From a virus: a DNA stretch of 64,000 nt. Below are positions 59,301-64,000 of the stretch, piece after piece (the first letter of the stretch is position 1; each line of letters opens with the position of its first letter). The translations under genes and the position numbers were made by a program. Under the pieces are notes generated by a model that saw nothing but the letters and a program-made list of their open reading frames with translations, had not been told where the DNA came from and made no database searches. The stretch is taken from the IMG/VR virus record IMGVR_UViG_3300042356_000801, positions 1 to 64,000 of that record, one strand, 5' to 3'.

Positions 59301-62300
59301 AACGAGACAGGGTTAAGCCAAAGAAGTTCAATAGCCACAAAGGCAAGGATGGGGCACACACTTTTGCCACACAAGAAAGAGCTCGCCTACTGGAAGGCGC
59401 AACAACAGCAGAAAAGATTGCTTTTGTTGAAATGGGCAGTGGTGAAACCGATGTAATAAACATGATGGCCGGCCATTCTGAAGGAATGGCTTCTGCACGA
59501 GCAATACAAAGAAGAAATACTCGCCTTAAAAAAAATGGCATCCTGCCTGATGGCCTCAATCAACACGAGGCTTCAGTAGAGGAACAAGTAGAAAACTTCT
59601 ATATTCCACTTCTTGAGCTGATGGATAAATCTTCACTATCTCAGATGGTGGAAATGCACCTAGACGGTAATGAGGATTCTGGACTATATATAGAAGACCT
59701 GCTTAGCGGTAATGCCCCAGAATTTACTATGGGTATAGGCACCGGAACCTTAGTAACAAACAAAACAGATTTTTCTGACGGCAAGAAGATAGTAATCCGC
59801 GTGCCAGCAGGAAGCAGAGCTTTATTACCTGACTGGTCATATCGTTCCGACTCCGACGACGGAGAACAGAAGATAATGATTCCTCCTTCAAAGCTTCACC
59901 TTGTTGAGATTCGCGATGATGGAACTGTTGTTCTTGAAGTCGGCGAACAGATGGGAACAGAAGCAACGTTAAAAACTGCAATAGAAGAAATAGGTCCTGG
60001 AAACGGTGGAGCAGGAGATGTTGCCTATAGGACAGGTCTTCAGAAAAAACTAAACAAAGTTGTCGACAAAAGAATCACAGAGCGCCGCCGACAGGGGATG
60101 TTCGACCCCGATAGTAAGTCTCCAATTGAGGAAGAAAGATTCAGCACAACAGCAGACACTGCTGCAACTGGTGCTGGGTTTATGCCGGATAGGCCTCCTT
60201 CTGCTCCAAGTCGTGCCACCACCGATAGGGGCGACATAGGAACTGGCGACTACGATGACGATTTAAGCCCAGCTGAGCGCAGATTCCAAAGGGAAGAAAG
60301 AAACAGAAGAAGAGGAAACCCAAGACTTTCTTCTGGAGCTGATACTGAAAAACTTGTTTCAATATCTGGTCCGCAAGATGCTCGCAGGGTTATTGATAGC
60401 AACCTGCCAGCATCAGTTAGAACTGAAAAAGAAGCATATACCATTTTGACTGAACTTGCAAAAATGGCTAGGGAAGCCAAGGCAAAAGGGAAAGACGCTC
60501 CTAATTACGATTTTTGCAAAGTTTCTATTCCGGGAACAAACCTATTTTGCGGTGACTCTAAGGGAATTCCTAGAAAAAAAATGCCTCAGTTTAGTGGGAA
60601 GCCAACTCCTGGTTCACCAGCAGATTCAAGACCCAAAGATAAAGATGGCGGGGTCGACGGCACGCAAGACTTTATTAAACACATGGAAGGACTGGGAGTA
60701 AAAGTCGAAGAAAAAGAAGTTCTTGCGTCAACGTTAAGAGCATCCCAGAATGAACTAGTTGGAGAAAAAGTCGCAGGGATGATGACCAATGAGAACTTTG
60801 ACCCTGCAGGTGAACCAATTTTTGTTAGCCGAGATGGTTATGTTATTGACGGTCATCATAGATGGGCCGCCCAAGTTGGTCGAGACCTTGAAGACGGAAA
60901 CCTTGGTGACCTTCCATTAAACGTAAAAGTTGTGGACATGGACATCTTGGAAGTTCTTGAAGAAGCAAACAAATTTGCTCAAGAGTTTGGTATTGCTCCC
61001 AAAACAGCAGGAAACGACGCGGCCCAAAACAGGTTATCTTCTGGTGCCAAATGGGGGCAGATGCCTTCAAACAATCAACAACTTGCTCGCCTTCTTGAGC
61101 CATCAAATAATGATGGCTTCAACGAAATATACGGCCCTCCACAGACACGCCAAGAAAGAATCACCCAGATGGCTGAGATGCAGTCAGAAGTGATGACTTC
61201 TCTGCGTGAAATGTTTGACAACGTTCCAGGAGCAGGAGATTCTCTTGGACTTGACCTGAACCACATAGACCCATACCTTGTTGACTTCATTAAGAATTCT
61301 TCAGATGAAGAAATTTATGAACTTATTTCTCAATCCGCAAAAAACCTTCATGAGAGTTTTGACGCACGACCACGAGTGCGCATGAGGCAAGACGAGCTTG
61401 ATGGGTTTGCCGCTAGCGGCAGGTACGGAAGAGAAAAATCTTTTAATAACGAGCGTTTCTCTTCTGGTCTTGTAAAAAAGGGTATAAAAGCAAGGGCCAA
61501 AGAACGTGCCATAGAAATAATTGCCGACAGAATTGGCATGGATGAAGACTCACGCGAAGTGGCAGAGATGGTGTTCAATACGGCCTCTGCACTCAAGTAC
61601 GGCCCAGAAGCAGCACTTACTCGCTTGGCTATAGACCTCGGAAGAAGAGGAAGCAGAGAACTTGCAGAAAAAACCGTAGAAGAACTTGTTAAGCGAGGAA
61701 AAATAACCGACGAACAAGCAAAATCTATTCTTTCAAAACTGGACAAGGTTGCACCAGAAGGACTTCCAGAACCATTAAAGCGCGGTGTTGGAAGAGCAGC
61801 AAGAGCAACAGCAGATGCTATTGATACTCCAGAGAACAGAGAGCGCTTAGAAAATGCCCGTGAAGCAGTCGGAGAAGCCGCTGGAAGAGCGAGAGAAGCG
61901 GTTGGTGAAGGTGCCCGCAATATTGCTGAGCGTGGCCGTGAGAGGCTTAGGAAGCTCCGTGAAAGAGACGATGCCGGAAGTCTACCTTCTGCACCGGAAG
62001 ATGTACCGTTTGGTGATTTTGACCCAGCAGATGCTCCCGTAGGAAGACTTGCTAGCGGAAGAAGATTGGATAGAAGAGTTTCTGGTTCGGATAATGGTCG
62101 CGAACGCATTATGGAAGGCGCAAACGTAACTCGCACCCGCCTAAGTAGTGGTGAGACGCCAAAGATAGACAAGCCGAAGAAGCCAAGCAGGCCAAGAGAC
62201 CCCGACAACGGACCAATGACTGGAAAGTTCATTGACATATTCCGTGGCGTTAAGTCATATCAAGAAATGCTTGACAGATATAACGAGCAAGAAGTTATTT

Positions 62301-64000
62301 TCTTTGACTACGAGACAACAGGTTTTAGCCCTACGGACGATAGGCCTGTTCAGATTGGTGCAGTAAAAATGAAGGGCGGGAAAGTCGTTGAAAGATTCAA
62401 TGTTTTTGTTAACCCCGAAAAAGAACTTAGCGACTGGTCAAAGGAAAATCTACTTAATGCTGACGGTAAACCTCTAACCAACGACTGGTTATCAGGTCAA
62501 TCTTCAGTCAACGAAGGCCACCAGCAGCTTATTGACTTCTTTGGCCCTGATGCCCTCCTTGGTGGACAGTACACGCCTTTTGACCTTGGCTTCCTTGAAG
62601 AGTCACTAAAGAACGCAGGAATTGAGTGGACCCCTGCTGGAGTCATAGACAGCAAGGCCCTTGCTGATGAACTTCTTCCAAGATGGACAGCAGATGGCGG
62701 AGATGGTCCTTTTGCTCTTAACCCAGATGGCACAAAGTACGCAACAAATAGCCTTGGACCGCTTTCTGATTATCTTGAAGTCGAACTGACAGCATGGCAT
62801 ACAGCAGACGCAGACTCTGAAGCGTCAGCAATGATTGTCCAAAAGATACTTGAGCGTGCAGCAGAAAGAGAAGACACTCCAAAACATCTTCTTGATGTTG
62901 ACAACCTTCCATCTGTTGTTGCTGAACGCAGGGCTAGACACAAGCTCGACATGGACAAGTACTTTGCCGACCTAAAGCAGTACAAGGTTGACAATGAAGC
63001 ATACGAAGCTTCTCAAACCGGAGAAAGACTTTCTTCGGGAGCAACCATGGATGACAAACTAGGGAAGACTGTCGGTATTGACGAACTTCTTGCCGACCCA
63101 ACAATGGCTGAAGAATTACGCAAAAGAAGCGCGGACATAAAAGCACTTTCTGACAGGGAAAGAGCACAAAGATTTACCGACCCTAACGACCCAGACTCTA
63201 TCTATGTAATTCACTTTGGAGCGAGCCAATTAGAAGGCGGCCAAATAGACCCTGCTCGTTCGCGAGGGCAGGTGGGTTCAAACGTCCCTGCGGCAGGAAA
63301 TACACGTTTGGTAAATGACCAGACAGCCAGATATATGGTTGGATTACGCAATACCGCAAGACGAGACCTGTCTATTCTGGAAGAAATAAAACGTCAAATG
63401 GAGACTGATGGAGTTGTTGACTTTGAGGCGATAGCAAGAACAGACCCGAAAGACTCCATGAGGGCGGGAAGAGCAAAAATATTGCTTGGTGTTAAACGTA
63501 CTGACCGTGACTACGAGCGTTCAACGTTCACGCCTCCTTACTGGAACCCTGAAAATTTTGACGCTCAAATCGCAAGCGAAAACAGAACCCTATCTAGTCT
63601 TGACAAGGTTGCCGACCAGTTAATTGCAGACGACTACCAGTACACGAGTACATACAGGGCTTCTGGATTACGAGATTTACGGAGCTCTTACGGAGGGAGG
63701 TACGCAGAAGGCGGCTCTACAGAATGGGGCGACAACTCGCCGCGCTCGTCAACTACCGGTATTCACATATTAAAAGTAAAAGTAGGCGACAACGCGATTG
63801 AGCAAAATAGCGTTGGAGAAACTCACCTTGTTGGTAAACACACCCCAGTTGCTTCACTTGTCGTGAGGGCAGATGATTATGATGATAATCCTGCTAATGA
63901 CACATGGACCGGATGGATGGATATGGCGATTGAGGCCGACATCAAGAAAGGGTCAGGTGAGAGGCTTTCTTCCGGTGCAACAGGACGTTCCCCAGGACTA
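56357..64000 (+). CDS. second giant polyvalent protein (at least 2548 aa, runs off the window): zincin, degenerate ART, ParB/Srx, DEDDh exonuclease and unknown modules separated by R[LF]SSG
   Basis: ATG 56357 after AAGGA; manual translation found no in-frame stop to 64000; HEIAH at 58076, IDGHHRWAA near 60845, FFDYETTG...PFDLGFL...WHTADAD at 62300-62815. Confidence 0.88.
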   Translation, partial: MTGTFKTKTRVYTSPEFFTPITGRKSFTDAAIDFRRGLIENSSMAVLNADLSVKAAMGAGLSASASSIGQSSQGTSPNTDGKKRVNKGGVPGMVEDERGFRYMPDATWGPDKVLKLFPSPEERQSSNKVPNFGFVDREPIFTPQQFVEQMEKKPKIRMSKYKINTRTGEPIEDTEVEFDRMRFGKTFKVNPDISNEIEEDISDETSGEMQEKSLGSTLKQRMPGATIAGRAAARFGVIMDELGKMRCPPGTPAANQFTDMTGSNCFGITPGNMISEAINLAQRLIPSDDSRRTDGFTRGVANFFFDMENGIFGNNVWYHPDGTRMKHGEWRKFREANGVARNERWMVNGVERVYAEIDAQEARLTDLYQKLDIDTRDSRKATNEHLYEAFEKLEQSGVITAKIEGRPTEADVEAMMTSRLKNTDAHWNTRSNEEKALFLKIEIQRYRELERAHLEAFLDEVIKNPEHMKSIRAVRMHPTGKDRASYGIDGIDRRTNMPYGSINIDIPKSMEFEDSLLPALSPDERLRIWAEGGMSEALRSSTVKDFLVNSNAYAGQMIAMVDGGRGLGRHDMKHEIAHSIQAAAIFEHMKRELDARGSLVMNTKNGPKTITSVAELDNDMLAALMINENYMGIDLDSLKSLRSRGDIVALLGGKYIDDVDNQYDGKRRAAEIGAEIWALRSAGLIFGDDVDAALEYMDDVASGKITADRTVADSVLTRRVYDDHLDGTRRVREAREAREAAEEAARLAESADTPDEEFFDADTRAAEDRMSDAREAYALEKRAEVKTTKEQAKTMTEEEMIDFLSYSTEGSDALTEMLDAAGEAGEEPDWMSVMDRDTLDAQSKSVIDEWVKRFTVRRSPEALEKLLNMVDDKRESRGTLSPEKIEERRHREYLEGATERAKDLDLEDLVEFSSNWEELASSEGIEAPERTRRKEARDMYRDEYIKRRTEGPDSVSREDARKEFNAKLKELRKPKTTAERKKRDRVKPKKFNSHKGKDGAHTFATQERARLLEGATTAEKIAFVEMGSGETDVINMMAGHSEGMASARAIQRRNTRLKKNGILPDGLNQHEASVEEQVENFYIPLLELMDKSSLSQMVEMHLDGNEDSGLYIEDLLSGNAPEFTMGIGTGTLVTNKTDFSDGKKIVIRVPAGSRALLPDWSYRSDSDDGEQKIMIPPSKLHLVEIRDDGTVVLEVGEQMGTEATLKTAIEEIGPGNGGAGDVAYRTGLQKKLNKVVDKRITERRRQGMFDPDSKSPIEEERFSTTADTAATGAGFMPDRPPSAPSRATTDRGDIGTGDYDDDLSPAERRFQREERNRRRGNPRLSSGADTEKLVSISGPQDARRVIDSNLPASVRTEKEAYTILTELAKMAREAKAKGKDAPNYDFCKVSIPGTNLFCGDSKGIPRKKMPQFSGKPTPGSPADSRPKDKDGGVDGTQDFIKHMEGLGVKVEEKEVLASTLRASQNELVGEKVAGMMTNENFDPAGEPIFVSRDGYVIDGHHRWAAQVGRDLEDGNLGDLPLNVKVVDMDILEVLEEANKFAQEFGIAPKTAGNDAAQNRLSSGAKWGQMPSNNQQLARLLEPSNNDGFNEIYGPPQTRQERITQMAEMQSEVMTSLREMFDNVPGAGDSLGLDLNHIDPYLVDFIKNSSDEEIYELISQSAKNLHESFDARPRVRMRQDELDGFAASGRYGREKSFNNERFSSGLVKKGIKARAKERAIEIIADRIGMDEDSREVAEMVFNTASALKYGPEAALTRLAIDLGRRGSRELAEKTVEELVKRGKITDEQAKSILSKLDKVAPEGLPEPLKRGVGRAARATADAIDTPENRERLENAREAVGEAAGRAREAVGEGARNIAERGRERLRKLRERDDAGSLPSAPEDVPFGDFDPADAPVGRLASGRRLDRRVSGSDNGRERIMEGANVTRTRLSSGETPKIDKPKKPSRPRDPDNGPMTGKFIDIFRGVKSYQEMLDRYNEQEVIFFDYETTGFSPTDDRPVQIGAVKMKGGKVVERFNVFVNPEKELSDWSKENLLNADGKPLTNDWLSGQSSVNEGHQQLIDFFGPDALLGGQYTPFDLGFLEESLKNAGIEWTPAGVIDSKALADELLPRWTADGGDGPFALNPDGTKYATNSLGPLSDYLEVELTAWHTADADSEASAMIVQKILERAAEREDTPKHLLDVDNLPSVVAERRARHKLDMDKYFADLKQYKVDNEAYEASQTGERLSSGATMDDKLGKTVGIDELLADPTMAEELRKRSADIKALSDRERAQRFTDPNDPDSIYVIHFGASQLEGGQIDPARSRGQVGSNVPAAGNTRLVNDQTARYMVGLRNTARRDLSILEEIKRQMETDGVVDFEAIARTDPKDSMRAGRAKILLGVKRTDRDYERSTFTPPYWNPENFDAQIASENRTLSSLDKVADQLIADDYQYTSTYRASGLRDLRSSYGGRYAEGGSTEWGDNSPRSSTTGIHILKVKVGDNAIEQNSVGETHLVGKHTPVASLVVRADDYDDNPANDTWTGWMDMAIEADIKKGSGERLSSGATGRSPGL

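Noticed and set aside
56552-63167. Many minus-strand ORFs, e.g. 61348-62238 (296 aa)
   Set aside because: Antisense shadows of the long + strand ORF, which carries clear domain motifs
63026-63962. Last complete module as an H-Y-E type ADP-ribosyltransferase (YVIHFG...ETHLV)
   Set aside because: Resemblance limited to two short strands; too weak without a profile search
43725-63976. RLSSG-coding repeats as a CRISPR array or attC-like DNA elements
   Set aside because: Only 15 nt, synonymously variable, irregularly spaced (99 to over 2000 nt), always in frame and not palindromic; this is a protein-level motif

Overview
The window is part of a large tailed-phage genome with a contractile (myovirus-type) tail and an HK97-type head. 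The host is probably an actinobacterium, inferred from many leaderless TANNNT promoters. Layout: (1) 294-6933 (+), accessory cassette of collagen-like and FN3 fibres plus a GT4 glycosyltransferase. (2) 6919-28842 (-), tail operon with fibres, baseplate, spike, hub, tape measure, frameshifted chaperone, tube, sheath and neck genes. (3) 28884-39638, mostly (-), histone-like protein, IbrA/IbrB-like PAPS-reductase/ParB pair, ParB, RuvC, HNH, RecB/Cas4-like nuclease, Rad52-like annealase and terminase. (4) 39697-64000 (+), head module. The standout is the head module. The prohead protease is only the first ~170 aa of a ~4170-aa protein. A second giant ORF (56357 to beyond the window end, at least 2548 aa) is missing from the ORF track. 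Both proteins are strings of cargo domains (WYL x2, SF1 helicase, ArdC/zincin, second zincin, degenerate ART, ParB/Srx, DEDDh exonuclease, many unknowns) separated by a recurring R-[L/F/M]-S-S-G pentapeptide. I count 22 exact copies, with varied codons, none inside a recognisable domain. The motif also occurs twice in the tape measure protein. A tandem PepSY-like protein sits between the two giants. This suggests a motif-punctuated, capsid-packaged polyprotein system. All domain calls come from motif recognition by eye; no database searches were run.
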